Virus record (IMG/VR): IMGVR_UViG_3300013233_000093
Location: 1 to 64,000 of that record
DNA length: 64,000 nucleotides
Strand: one strand, 5' to 3'
Shown: in pieces, positions 20,233 to 29,614 of the stretch
Numbering within the stretch: position 1 is the first letter of the stretch
Layout: each line of letters begins with the position of its first letter
Notes under the pieces: model-generated
The model's database searches: none
What the model was told of the DNA's origin: nothing
What the model saw: only the letters and a program-made list of their open reading frames with translations
Position numbers and translations under genes: made by a program

Positions 20233-21214
20233 AAACTGCATGGCGTTAATAGATGTGATTCACCCTGCTGTATTGGCTATGTTTGATAAGCCTAGTGAGG
20301 CGATTAACGATAGTGTGTTATTATCGCCAAACTTAGCCGTGACTTGTTTGGATGGTGAGCGCTGGGTGTTATCTGCACGGAACGGCTTCGGTAAGGGTTT
20401 ACTACACACCCCTAAAAGCTTTGAGATGACGGACGCGATGCTAGTCATCGTACAAGACGTTAAAGATGGATGGGGTCTTCACGCCAGGACAGACGTCCAC
20501 ATGGCCTGTCATTCAGATGGCTGTGACATTACATTTAAGAGCGATGGGGCGTATCCAATAACCATGCACCTGCGGAATTCGGGCGATGACTTGGAGTTTA
20601 TTAGTACAGATAGAACTTGCACGACTCTCGAGCTAAGTCCTAATATACACCCCATCGCGTGCATTCGGAAGGCGGTTGCGCTCGAATCTCTTTGCCGTAT
20701 ACGCACGTCAAGCATCGGCAAGTATCATATGCTTGCCGTGATTATGACGACGTTAAAGACACCCATCGGCTTCAATGACGAATGGTTTTACATTGACGAG
20801 GATACATTAGCGGCAATTGAATCCGTCTTGGTGACTGCGCGCGATCCCTATAACTTCGTCTTGTGGCATGAAGGATGCCTGAGGGTTCACACAGATACCC
20901 CGTGTAATAACTTTGTGCCTAACCGGTTTGACGTAGAACGCACGGCGTTCTCCGGAGTCGTATCCGTTAACTATGTAGAGGGACTGGTTTACGCCAACGG
21001 TTACGTGTACGACGCTGTAACTGGATATAAGTACAAGGTGCCGTTGTCGCGTACGGCGAAGTCCGTGGCTAAGCTGCTTAACATGCAGCGCTTCGACGGT
21101 GCTGATTTCGATATCTCCTACGAAGTACGTGGCACGAGACATGCACCCATAGAAGTGGTGCAAAACAATACACACCACCGCATTACATGGACAGATCGCG
21201 TGATTGATTTCTAG
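20225..21214 (+). CDS. Hypothetical protein
   Basis: AAGGAG RBS before ATG 20225 (MSKNCMAL). Confidence 0.75.
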   Translation: MSKNCMALIDVIHPAVLAMFDKPSEAINDSVLLSPNLAVTCLDGERWVLSARNGFGKGLLHTPKSFEMTDAMLVIVQDVKDGWGLHARTDVHMACHSDGCDITFKSDGAYPITMHLRNSGDDLEFISTDRTCTTLELSPNIHPIACIRKAVALESLCRIRTSSIGKYHMLAVIMTTLKTPIGFNDEWFYIDEDTLAAIESVLVTARDPYNFVLWHEGCLRVHTDTPCNNFVPNRFDVERTAFSGVVSVNYVEGLVYANGYVYDAVTGYKYKVPLSRTAKSVAKLLNMQRFDGADFDISYEVRGTRHAPIEVVQNNTHHRITWTDRVIDF

Positions 21215-21232
21215 ACGTTACTAGACGGCATA

Positions 21233-21281
21233 CACCCAGGAGCTATATAGCTCCTGGGTGCGTGTCTCTTTTTTTCTTTTT
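21233..21281. terminator. Terminator between convergent genes
   Basis: Perfect 28-bp palindrome CACCCAGGAGCTATATAGCTCCTGGGTG with T-tract. Confidence 0.85.
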
Positions 21282-21292
21282 ACATCAAGCGC

Positions 21293-22216
21293 TTATACCG
21301 CTGGATCTGGAGAAGTCCAAACTGCTGGAGCGTGTGCGCCAACTTCATTCAGTACTTTCTCGTAATCACCAGTGGTGCCGCCGCCTTTGACGCCTGCTTC
21401 GATCACGTCGTAAGACGCTGCGAGGCTAGCAGAGCGATAGCTCTGTTTGGTCAAGGTGTTGATGTAGTTCTGAGCGAACGCCAAGATATGGTCACCGATT
21501 TGAGTGGTGGCCGTATACTCGATGGTGTGCTCTACTACTTCGTTGGCATCTTGAATGACGCGTGAACCAGTCATAGCCCCAGATGTTTTAGGGATCATGT
21601 TGGTACACATCCATGCTGCAGTTACACGAGCCAGATCAACACTGGGTTCGATGAACAACATGGTCATTGCGATAGCATCAGGCAGGAACTCAGGATAACC
21701 TACTGCACGGTAAGCAGCCTTTGTGACCAGACCAGGATGAGTGGTCTCTGGATCGGCGATCAGCTCGATGATCCAATCCTGATGGAAGTTGTAGATAAAC
21801 ATCCCGTACTTTTCAGGGTACACGAATGCTGGCACGGTGCGTGCACGGCCGACCTTAATCGGAGTCTCGTGCATTTCACCTGCGTTGCTGACTTTGTGCT
21901 CAGCAAACTCAACGGTCAGTGTGGAATCGAAACCGGTGATTGAAGTGGCCATGGTCTCGACCATAGCTTTCAACAACTGTACACGATCCACGCCGTCGTC
22001 CATCAACAACATGTGACGAGGTGCTTCGACCAGTACTGGGATGATTTTCTGACGCACGTGAGTGGCAGATGACATCCAGTGACGTGGATCACTCATAGCA
22101 CCTTGCTGTCCACCGAACTTAGCGTTCAGTGCAGTAGTGCGACCTTTCGTAATCGAATGGTCTACGTTGATTAGCGGGTCATTGACGCGACCTGCGTATT
22201 TACGGTTTACGTTCAT
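21293..22216 (-). CDS. Tail tube protein (phiKZ gp30-like)
   Basis: GGQQG, EKYG, DPET, TMLFIEP, AWMCTNMIPK; directly downstream of sheath. Confidence 0.8.
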   Translation of the reverse strand: MNVNRKYAGRVNDPLINVDHSITKGRTTALNAKFGGQQGAMSDPRHWMSSATHVRQKIIPVLVEAPRHMLLMDDGVDRVQLLKAMVETMATSITGFDSTLTVEFAEHKVSNAGEMHETPIKVGRARTVPAFVYPEKYGMFIYNFHQDWIIELIADPETTHPGLVTKAAYRAVGYPEFLPDAIAMTMLFIEPSVDLARVTAAWMCTNMIPKTSGAMTGSRVIQDANEVVEHTIEYTATTQIGDHILAFAQNYINTLTKQSYRSASLAASYDVIEAGVKGGGTTGDYEKVLNEVGAHAPAVWTSPDPAV

Positions 22217-22230
22217 GTTAAGCTCCTAGA

Positions 22231-24261
22231 TCAAAGATCGCTTTTGCGGTGGACACTGACGTTCATGGTACCAACAGTACGCATGCTGTTAGCGTAAACT
22301 TCGGTGTTCATCACCCATGAATAACCACGAGCTTCATCTGCCTTAGTGAACGATGCATTCGGACGTACAACAACACGATCGTCGTAAATACCGTCGGTCA
22401 GTTCCAACATCAAGTTATCGCAAGTGGTGAGGAACTGGCTGTCACTCATGGTGCCATTACCAGTGACCATGCGCCACACTTGATCGGACTTCTTAACCAC
22501 GTCAACCGCGATCAACATAACGATGTCGCTGTTCAACACAGAAGTGTCGTTGTCGTAGATGGTCTGCATAGCAGGGAAGAACAAGGTGTTCATGTCCATG
22601 TACTGCACTGCATTCAAACCGATGTCCCAATCCGCAGAACGAACTGCACGAGGCTTCCATGCGTTAGCCACATCAACGATGTCTTTAAGCTGGTTAGCTG
22701 GAGCAACGTCGTATGCAAATGCGTTTTTGAACTTGCCGTTTCCTGCACCCATGTAACGTGCGCGTTTAACGATCAGGTCAACCACAACCGGGATGGCTTT
22801 GCCATACTTGTTATACAGTTTACGACCGGCACCGCCAACGATCACTGCACGGCAGGTAGGTGTGCCATGAATCACTGATTCAGGAACCAAACGACCAGTG
22901 GCACGCAAAGAGGTGGCAATGGAGGTTTCAGCAGAGATGGTGTTAACCGCTTGCAACACATCTTGAGGAGTCACTGCGACAGAGATGTCTGCACGGAACG
23001 CCATCAAGCCCAGAATGGCTTTCTTGGTGTCAATTGCAAAACCGGTGTCATACACGACAGAGAAAGGATACTTAGCGCGATCAACCAAAGGATCAGCCAC
23101 GTCTTCCCAACCATAGGAGCAAGCATCGAAAACCAAGGTGTTCAATTCTGCTTCAGAAACAGTACCGTCAGATCCACCTTTCAGGTAATGTGTGGTGGCA
23201 GCATTCAAGCTCAAGCCACCGTCAATACGTGCGGTAAACAGATCGTTACCCAGGCTGTCCAGGGTGTTGAACAAGTTGATGAAATCAGAACCGGTCACAG
23301 CAGTGTTCTGCAGGACTTCTTCGGCTTGGATCAAGTCAACGATGGTTTGGACGTTGTTGTCGTACACATACATTTCGTCAACAGGACCGAATGTAGGGGG
23401 TGTGCCATCAGCAGGTGTATTGGCATAGCTGCTCAATACACGATCGATGCTCAGGTCTTCACCGGTTTTGGTGTTCACTGCGCCTGCTTTCAAGCAGAAG
23501 TCGATGCTGGTAGACGCATCGATAGCGGCCAGGGTACGAGGAGTGCTCAGTGCGTCGTTACGTTCCATCCATGATGCACGGTACAGTGCAGCCATCTGGT
23601 CGTCCATGATGTCCATGTCAGCAGGAGTAGCTGTGTTTGGACCAGGGAAGCTCAGTTTGATGCCGACGTTATTGATGTAATCACCAACTCCACCTTTAAA
23701 GGCAAAGATAGGATACACGGTAGATGCTTGAGCCACACCGCCGACTGTGCCGGTCATGGTGCCAGCGAGTGCTGCTTCGCCACGCAAGTTAGCCAGATCA
23801 CTTAAAGGCTTGGTAGCCCATTTCAGGCGATAACCAGTTGTGCTGGTGGTTGCGAAGGTTTTCAAGCCACTTGCATCAAGTGTCACAGAACCGTCAGTGT
23901 TACGGACGTAATCCAAGATGTCATCTTTGACGACTTCCAGGGTAAATACCAAACTGCCGGCCGAAGAATCAGCAGGAACCAGTCGTTTCACGAAACACAT
24001 GTTGCCCGCGCCGATGGCCGCGGTCAAACCCATGGTAGCATGAGAGTAGTATTTAGAACGTTCGTCAAACGATTTGACGCCGTAAGTTTGTGCCAAGCCT
24101 TGGCCAATAGCTTGTGCGGTTAGGGGGCCGCGTTCAGCTTGGATGTAAAACAATGGGCAATGCTGCGGTACCGATAGGGGTTCTACTACTTCAGCGCGAG
24201 TTGAAGCGTCTCTGATCCCCTGTAGGCGAGATTCCGGCATTGCGTTTTTGATAGCGCTCAT
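22231..24261 (-). CDS. Contractile tail sheath protein (phiKZ gp29-like)
   Basis: LQGIRD, PQHCP, YLKGGSDGT, YDTGF, PESVIHGTPTCRA, FFPAMQTIYDNDTSVLNS; AAGGA RBS before ATG 24261. Confidence 0.9.
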   Translation of the reverse strand: MSAIKNAMPESRLQGIRDASTRAEVVEPLSVPQHCPLFYIQAERGPLTAQAIGQGLAQTYGVKSFDERSKYYSHATMGLTAAIGAGNMCFVKRLVPADSSAGSLVFTLEVVKDDILDYVRNTDGSVTLDASGLKTFATTSTTGYRLKWATKPLSDLANLRGEAALAGTMTGTVGGVAQASTVYPIFAFKGGVGDYINNVGIKLSFPGPNTATPADMDIMDDQMAALYRASWMERNDALSTPRTLAAIDASTSIDFCLKAGAVNTKTGEDLSIDRVLSSYANTPADGTPPTFGPVDEMYVYDNNVQTIVDLIQAEEVLQNTAVTGSDFINLFNTLDSLGNDLFTARIDGGLSLNAATTHYLKGGSDGTVSEAELNTLVFDACSYGWEDVADPLVDRAKYPFSVVYDTGFAIDTKKAILGLMAFRADISVAVTPQDVLQAVNTISAETSIATSLRATGRLVPESVIHGTPTCRAVIVGGAGRKLYNKYGKAIPVVVDLIVKRARYMGAGNGKFKNAFAYDVAPANQLKDIVDVANAWKPRAVRSADWDIGLNAVQYMDMNTLFFPAMQTIYDNDTSVLNSDIVMLIAVDVVKKSDQVWRMVTGNGTMSDSQFLTTCDNLMLELTDGIYDDRVVVRPNASFTKADEARGYSWVMNTEVYANSMRTVGTMNVSVHRKSDL

Positions 24262-24436
24262 TAAGATATCCTTAATCTGTATACAGGTCGAGGCGGGTGT
24301 TGTCAAACAGGCCCTTCTACCCACCACGATTGGATGAATTTATAGTAGCGATCTTATGCCGGTTAAAGGCATGTACGCCACTGCATAGTATAAATACTAA
24401 TGCACCCTAATTATTAATGAACGAGACGGACAGGCT

Positions 24437-25396
24437 ATGGATATCTACAGCGCTTTTATAAATAAGAAACAAGGTGGCGTGGCAAGCGTCGCTGTAAAGG
24501 TTATCGAAGAACAGTTAACCCTGGGCGGTTCGGATCGTTATACAGCAGTCACTGATGACAAACGTGTTTTGTTTTCAGGTGTGGATAATGACAAGCTTCC
24601 CCACTTTGGACATCCGGTTATCTACCATGAAAAGTGCTATGCTGATGCTCGTCCGTACCTGAAGGCAAACGGTGGCGTTAGAAACTCACTGGATTATGGC
24701 TTTCTGCGTAAGCGTGCAATTGTAACGTTATCGCAGTTCGAGAATCCTGATTTGTTTGAACACGTCATCATTCCACTGTGTGCGGTGTTTGGAGAATGGA
24801 TTAGCAGTACATTAGTCCAGCGCTTCGGCGGTAGTGTGGGTGACGGCGTCAAGTACAACGTGATTGCGGCTTCTTACTATGCTAAGTTAATCCTTGAGCA
24901 TACTGCACAATCGCAGGAATACAAGAAGTTGTGTTTGCAGAGTTCTCACGGCTATGTCGAATATCCTCCTGTTAAACGTTTGGAGATGGGGCATGACGCA
25001 TTAGCGGGATTGATCTTAAAGGTAACGGGTACTCGTGGAATCGGCGTTCCTGCAAGCTTTACGAACACATTGCTAGACGACGGTCTGCTGGAAGGTCTGG
25101 CAAAATCTGACGGCGATGTTCTTGGACTGGCCGATCTGATCAAAGCGTATTCAGAAACCGATCTCGGTGAGTTTACACACGCTACTCTAATGCGCGTCAC
25201 AAGTGGCGGAACGTGGATGGGTACGGATGCCGCTTCTTTAAGTGTGGCTGCGCTGGAATCGCCAATCGTGCTGTCTGCCATGATTGCACATGCCATGGAA
25301 ACCCCCAGCTATAAAAACAAAACCCGCATTGGCCGCGTCTGTAACAGTCTGTCACGTAAAGTGGATCTGGATACGGTCATTGCTATCACACGGTAG
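24437..25396 (+). CDS. Virion structural protein (phiKZ gp28-like)
   Basis: PHFGHP, DARPY, ALESP; divergent from sheath as in phiKZ. Confidence 0.65.
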   Translation: MDIYSAFINKKQGGVASVAVKVIEEQLTLGGSDRYTAVTDDKRVLFSGVDNDKLPHFGHPVIYHEKCYADARPYLKANGGVRNSLDYGFLRKRAIVTLSQFENPDLFEHVIIPLCAVFGEWISSTLVQRFGGSVGDGVKYNVIAASYYAKLILEHTAQSQEYKKLCLQSSHGYVEYPPVKRLEMGHDALAGLILKVTGTRGIGVPASFTNTLLDDGLLEGLAKSDGDVLGLADLIKAYSETDLGEFTHATLMRVTSGGTWMGTDAASLSVAALESPIVLSAMIAHAMETPSYKNKTRIGRVCNSLSRKVDLDTVIAITR

Positions 25397-25405
25397 GTAT
25401 ACACC

Positions 25406-27895
25406 ATGCAAAACGTAACGCAATTCATAATGGATGAGGCCACGAGCAAGCTCTGGTTTAATCCGCATAACGACAAGCACGTCACTATAAAACCGATACG
25501 CGTTACCAGTCAGCTAGGTGTGGCGGGGACGTTAACGCTACGACACGTCAGCATACCGCTGCCGAACACAACCGCTCGATGGGCAGTCTATGAGCTTGGC
25601 AATCTAAACCCATCACGGATGGGCATAGAGGGCATTAACGTTATCTGGAGACCACTCCCCAAGATGGTCACCGATTACGATGTCTTGGCGATGGTGTACT
25701 TTAACTCCATACAAGTGCCATTATCACAGGTTTACATACGGCGTGGTTATGACGGTAACATATTGTTAGCCGTAAATCCTAACATGATCGGAGAGGGCGA
25801 GTTGTATTTTCGTCTTTACAGTAACTTGTGGAACTACGTGGGTGATAACGCCCGGGCAGATCCCATACGTACGTACGACGCGGTTATATCCGATAACGCT
25901 GCGCTTACGGCTGCCGTAAACTCGATACAGATTCCTTCGGTGGGCACACGATGGCTTTACCATAATGGTTATTACGTGGATCGGATCACATCCGCTGATG
26001 TGGAGATGGGTGATACAATCGGGTACATCGAAGATCGGTATGGTCGTGGCTACATAGACGTGCCTTTGTCTGAAGCTAAGTCGTTTAATTCTACTTTAGA
26101 CGGTCGTGGTAAATACATGATTTCCATGCCTGTGGAATCCAACGCCATGGCTGTAGAGCCAGGCGATGAATTGGAGATCTACATATGCACTGTGGAGGAC
26201 GCTGCTGTAACGAAACGCACCCGTGGTGTTTTTTACGGCGTGCATAAACTTGAAGACTTACGCATGATCACCCACCGTGACATTGCACTGGACGCTAGAC
26301 GTGTAGACTTATACTCGCACAATCATCCATGGTTGAGAAAAGGCAGTGAGATTTTTCTTCGTGTCTTCTACCGCTTTCACGAGAATCCAGATAGGACATT
26401 GCTGGACGGTGCGTACCTCATGGATCTGTTTCGTGTGGACAAGTCTTATCGTGACGCGATGATTACCGGTTCTGGTGGTGTAACGGGCTGGCGTGCTAAC
26501 GAGTTAGAAGAAAGCATGGCGGTTCTATGGCAGACCAGACCCAGTATGGATCTCAGCGCCATTAATGTACACGGTGTACTGAGCAAGCCCTCGTTGGGCG
26601 AGCTATTATCGGTAGGTACTCTATACCAAGACTCTTTAGACCTTCCCTACTCTATGAACTTGGGCGGTAAGGTATTGTGCTTTAATATAGAAGGTCATCT
26701 CAGTAACGTCGTGAATGTACGAACGAACGCGGGCGGTTCACGTATTGCACTGCCACCTGCCACGTTTGATGTGGAATGCATTCCCGGCAAGTTTATCACA
26801 GACGGCGATGTTATTGACGAGCCGCTGTATGGCGGTGAGGTACTGAATTGGTATAACGAGGTATTCTATTACCAAGAAGCGGAAGGTACTGGATGGATTC
26901 GTGCTGTGGTGGAAGCCGATTACAAGGTCGATCCAGATACCAGTAAAGTCTACTGGACGACCAAGCATCTCGGACATGGTAAAATGCGACGCGGGTGTCA
27001 CCATGCCAGTCATAACAGACTGACAGTGGACATCTCGACTGTCTATTACGGTATACCGTTGTTTAAGGATAACAATCCCGTAACGAAAGTGCAGTTCGAT
27101 CGGTGCGATGTGTTTGTTAATAACAAACCCATTGTCCGTGGCATTGATTACACCGTTACGAACAACAATGTATACTTGACTTACAAAGGGTATATGTTTG
27201 ATGATCCTACTGCCACGACGATTCTGGTCGATGTGTTTTCATACGGAGTCGGCGAACTGCCAAGTGAGCGTATTGTGTCCGGATACGTGGAAGGGCGGAA
27301 AGCTAAAGCCAGCGAACCTGGGATGTTTATAAGCAATCGCAATCGTACGTGCGTCGTAGACGGCCGTAAGATGTCTGTGACGGACATTGGTCCATATGAA
27401 GATCCAAACCTACTGGCCTCTGATACAGTCCGTGAAGGGGCTCCCTGGGCGTGCGAGACACGGCCGTGTGTATTAAGTCTGCCTGAACAACAGAAGTACA
27501 TCTCTGACATGGATTACCCTGAAGTTGTATCTAGGGCAATGTGGCAGCATATGCCGTTACCGGATGAATCAAAACCCGTGGTGATACCAAAACGACACGT
27601 TATCTTTTCTCCCTTCATAAAGAAATTGATTGTACGTATCGCAGCCGGTCTGGTAAACGTAAGTAACATTGGCACATCGTCTGCTGCTGTATCGTTGTAC
27701 ATGGAAAGTCTAATGGACGAGCTTGTGCAAGACATCGCGTATTTAAACGTGGATAACTGGATGGTGGACATACATCCTGTAGGTGACCTTACAGCCACCA
27801 CGCTCACTGTAGAAGAATTTGCTTTCTTACGTGAGGTCAATCGCCTGTTCTTTAAAGAACGTATTACCTTTAACACGTACATTACAGTGACGTAG
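25406..27895 (+). CDS. Virion structural / baseplate protein (phiKZ gp27-like)
   Basis: FNSTLDGRGKY, RMITHRD, WRANELEES, HVIFSPF; synteny. Confidence 0.7.
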   Translation: MQNVTQFIMDEATSKLWFNPHNDKHVTIKPIRVTSQLGVAGTLTLRHVSIPLPNTTARWAVYELGNLNPSRMGIEGINVIWRPLPKMVTDYDVLAMVYFNSIQVPLSQVYIRRGYDGNILLAVNPNMIGEGELYFRLYSNLWNYVGDNARADPIRTYDAVISDNAALTAAVNSIQIPSVGTRWLYHNGYYVDRITSADVEMGDTIGYIEDRYGRGYIDVPLSEAKSFNSTLDGRGKYMISMPVESNAMAVEPGDELEIYICTVEDAAVTKRTRGVFYGVHKLEDLRMITHRDIALDARRVDLYSHNHPWLRKGSEIFLRVFYRFHENPDRTLLDGAYLMDLFRVDKSYRDAMITGSGGVTGWRANELEESMAVLWQTRPSMDLSAINVHGVLSKPSLGELLSVGTLYQDSLDLPYSMNLGGKVLCFNIEGHLSNVVNVRTNAGGSRIALPPATFDVECIPGKFITDGDVIDEPLYGGEVLNWYNEVFYYQEAEGTGWIRAVVEADYKVDPDTSKVYWTTKHLGHGKMRRGCHHASHNRLTVDISTVYYGIPLFKDNNPVTKVQFDRCDVFVNNKPIVRGIDYTVTNNNVYLTYKGYMFDDPTATTILVDVFSYGVGELPSERIVSGYVEGRKAKASEPGMFISNRNRTCVVDGRKMSVTDIGPYEDPNLLASDTVREGAPWACETRPCVLSLPEQQKYISDMDYPEVVSRAMWQHMPLPDESKPVVIPKRHVIFSPFIKKLIVRIAAGLVNVSNIGTSSAAVSLYMESLMDELVQDIAYLNVDNWMVDIHPVGDLTATTLTVEEFAFLREVNRLFFKERITFNTYITVT

Positions 27896-27908
27896 AGGAA
27901 GTTAAAAA

Positions 27909-29570
27909 ATGAACGTATTGTGGGATCAAGACCAAAAGGGTCGTATCTGGCATTCAGATGAAATCTATTTCGGCGTCGCTGGTACTGAGAACGCCGGGCT
28001 TCGTGTGCCTAACGTGGGCGATGGTGTATTCAAAAACGGCGTCGTAATGACGGTGGTGTCCGTGGACAGTGAAACGTACATCCCTACCTTGGAAGATGCA
28101 CTGGCGGTTGTGAACGAAAGTAAATCAAACTCCCTACTGCAAATCTTAGATCGCGGACTAAGTGTCACCGCTAAAAACATTCTGACCCGTTGTTATGTCG
28201 ATACGCATACAGAGCCATACACCATCTCCTTTGACGCACGGTTTCGTATTTGGGACAGCACCGCCACCAGCATGAAGCTTGTATTAGGCGACGGCAGTGA
28301 TCCAAGTGCTCCTGTGGTGAGTCATACGTTGGATACCAACGGAAACATTCTAAGCGAGCTTGTGGGAATGAAGGAAGTCAATCCCAACGGTGGTGAGGGT
28401 CTGCGTCCCGGTGAAACATACACGACTACCGATCTTAAACACGGCGACCACGTCACCGGCATTTTTTACAAAGCCAATGGTCGTGTAACAGATGAAGTAG
28501 TGTTCTCTGTTGTGATGGCGGATCTTGTATCTGGGCCGAATCTAAACAACGTTTACATTCAAGACATCACGCTTGAATCACCATTGCTTTCGGCTACAAA
28601 TCCGTTATTGTTCGAGAACCCTGCAGGGCACAGTTTCAACACCAGTCTGGTTAAGGCGATCGTGCATTATAATAATGGCATGAAACTGGATTTACCTGTA
28701 GACGGCAATCGTGTTATCCTGCACGGCATCCGTAACTTTGATACATCTCAACGTGGTAAGATCACAGACATTGTAGCTTCTTATTACCCAGATGCCGATG
28801 AACCTGCCATTAACCTGAACGGCGAGATTAAGAAGAGCATCTCTAAGGTGTACAACTTAATCAACGTAGACGTCCCCGGTGAGTTCCCGTTACGCGTTTA
28901 CGTTATACCTACTTATCAGAATGGTGGTTGGGTGTTAAACTATCGCATCACGTCCTTGGCTTACGACGTGGACATTGACGTCACTGCGTACGCCACTGCA
29001 TTAGACGGCAATGGTCGTGCGTTTAACCCAAACAACTTAAACGTGTTCCAGCGATTGCATTTGACTGTGGATCTGGGTGCCATGAACTCTGTGGACTATC
29101 CAGGATACAAGCACGTACAGAAACTGGATCTTAAACTGCCTGATTACTCCACTATCGATACGGTAAGTTGGATGATGGATTATGGCTGTGATGGGATTAC
29201 TGTGTTTGGCGATGGTACTTACGCTAAGGTAAGTCAGGTGGGCGATAAACCCTTTACCATTAAATGCGGTCAGACGTCTCTGGACGATTGGTTGCGGGTG
29301 GTGTATTACGGAGTAGATCCTTCGTTTGATGCACTGACGCTACCTAAGGCGCCTACGCCTACGCACTTTAGACTGGAGCACGCTGGTACAAACGGACAAG
29401 GCGCCATTGGCACTTATTCTGTTACTGAATGGAACTCTGTGTTGTATCTGGGTCCTCTGGTAACTTGGGACGCGGGTTGGCCTCTAAACTTAGTATGGCT
29501 AAACGACGACGGCTCGCGTGTACAAACACTGGCTGTTACCGCACTTCCCGTGAAGTTCCTTTACGTATAA
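27909..29570 (+). CDS. Virion structural / baseplate protein (phiKZ gp26-like)
   Basis: RIWHSDEIY, VPNVGD, LPVDG, APTPTHF; upstream of terminase. Confidence 0.7.
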   Translation: MNVLWDQDQKGRIWHSDEIYFGVAGTENAGLRVPNVGDGVFKNGVVMTVVSVDSETYIPTLEDALAVVNESKSNSLLQILDRGLSVTAKNILTRCYVDTHTEPYTISFDARFRIWDSTATSMKLVLGDGSDPSAPVVSHTLDTNGNILSELVGMKEVNPNGGEGLRPGETYTTTDLKHGDHVTGIFYKANGRVTDEVVFSVVMADLVSGPNLNNVYIQDITLESPLLSATNPLLFENPAGHSFNTSLVKAIVHYNNGMKLDLPVDGNRVILHGIRNFDTSQRGKITDIVASYYPDADEPAINLNGEIKKSISKVYNLINVDVPGEFPLRVYVIPTYQNGGWVLNYRITSLAYDVDIDVTAYATALDGNGRAFNPNNLNVFQRLHLTVDLGAMNSVDYPGYKHVQKLDLKLPDYSTIDTVSWMMDYGCDGITVFGDGTYAKVSQVGDKPFTIKCGQTSLDDWLRVVYYGVDPSFDALTLPKAPTPTHFRLEHAGTNGQGAIGTYSVTEWNSVLYLGPLVTWDAGWPLNLVWLNDDGSRVQTLAVTALPVKFLYV

Positions 29571-29572
29571 CC

Positions 29573-29600
29573 ATACTGCACGCCATATGGCGTGCAGTAT
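29573..29600. promoter_or_regulatory. Perfect 28-bp palindrome just upstream of terminase RBS
   Basis: ATACTGCACGCCATATGGCGTGCAGTAT; no T-tract. Confidence 0.6.
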
Positions 29601-29614
29601 ATGCTGGAGAGGTA

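Noticed and set aside
29429-29614. Longer ORF-track starts for terL (also sheath, vRNAP beta, thyA, 20174, 45389, 62330)
   Set aside because: Extensions overlap other genes or hairpins; downstream ATGs have an RBS or coupling overlap
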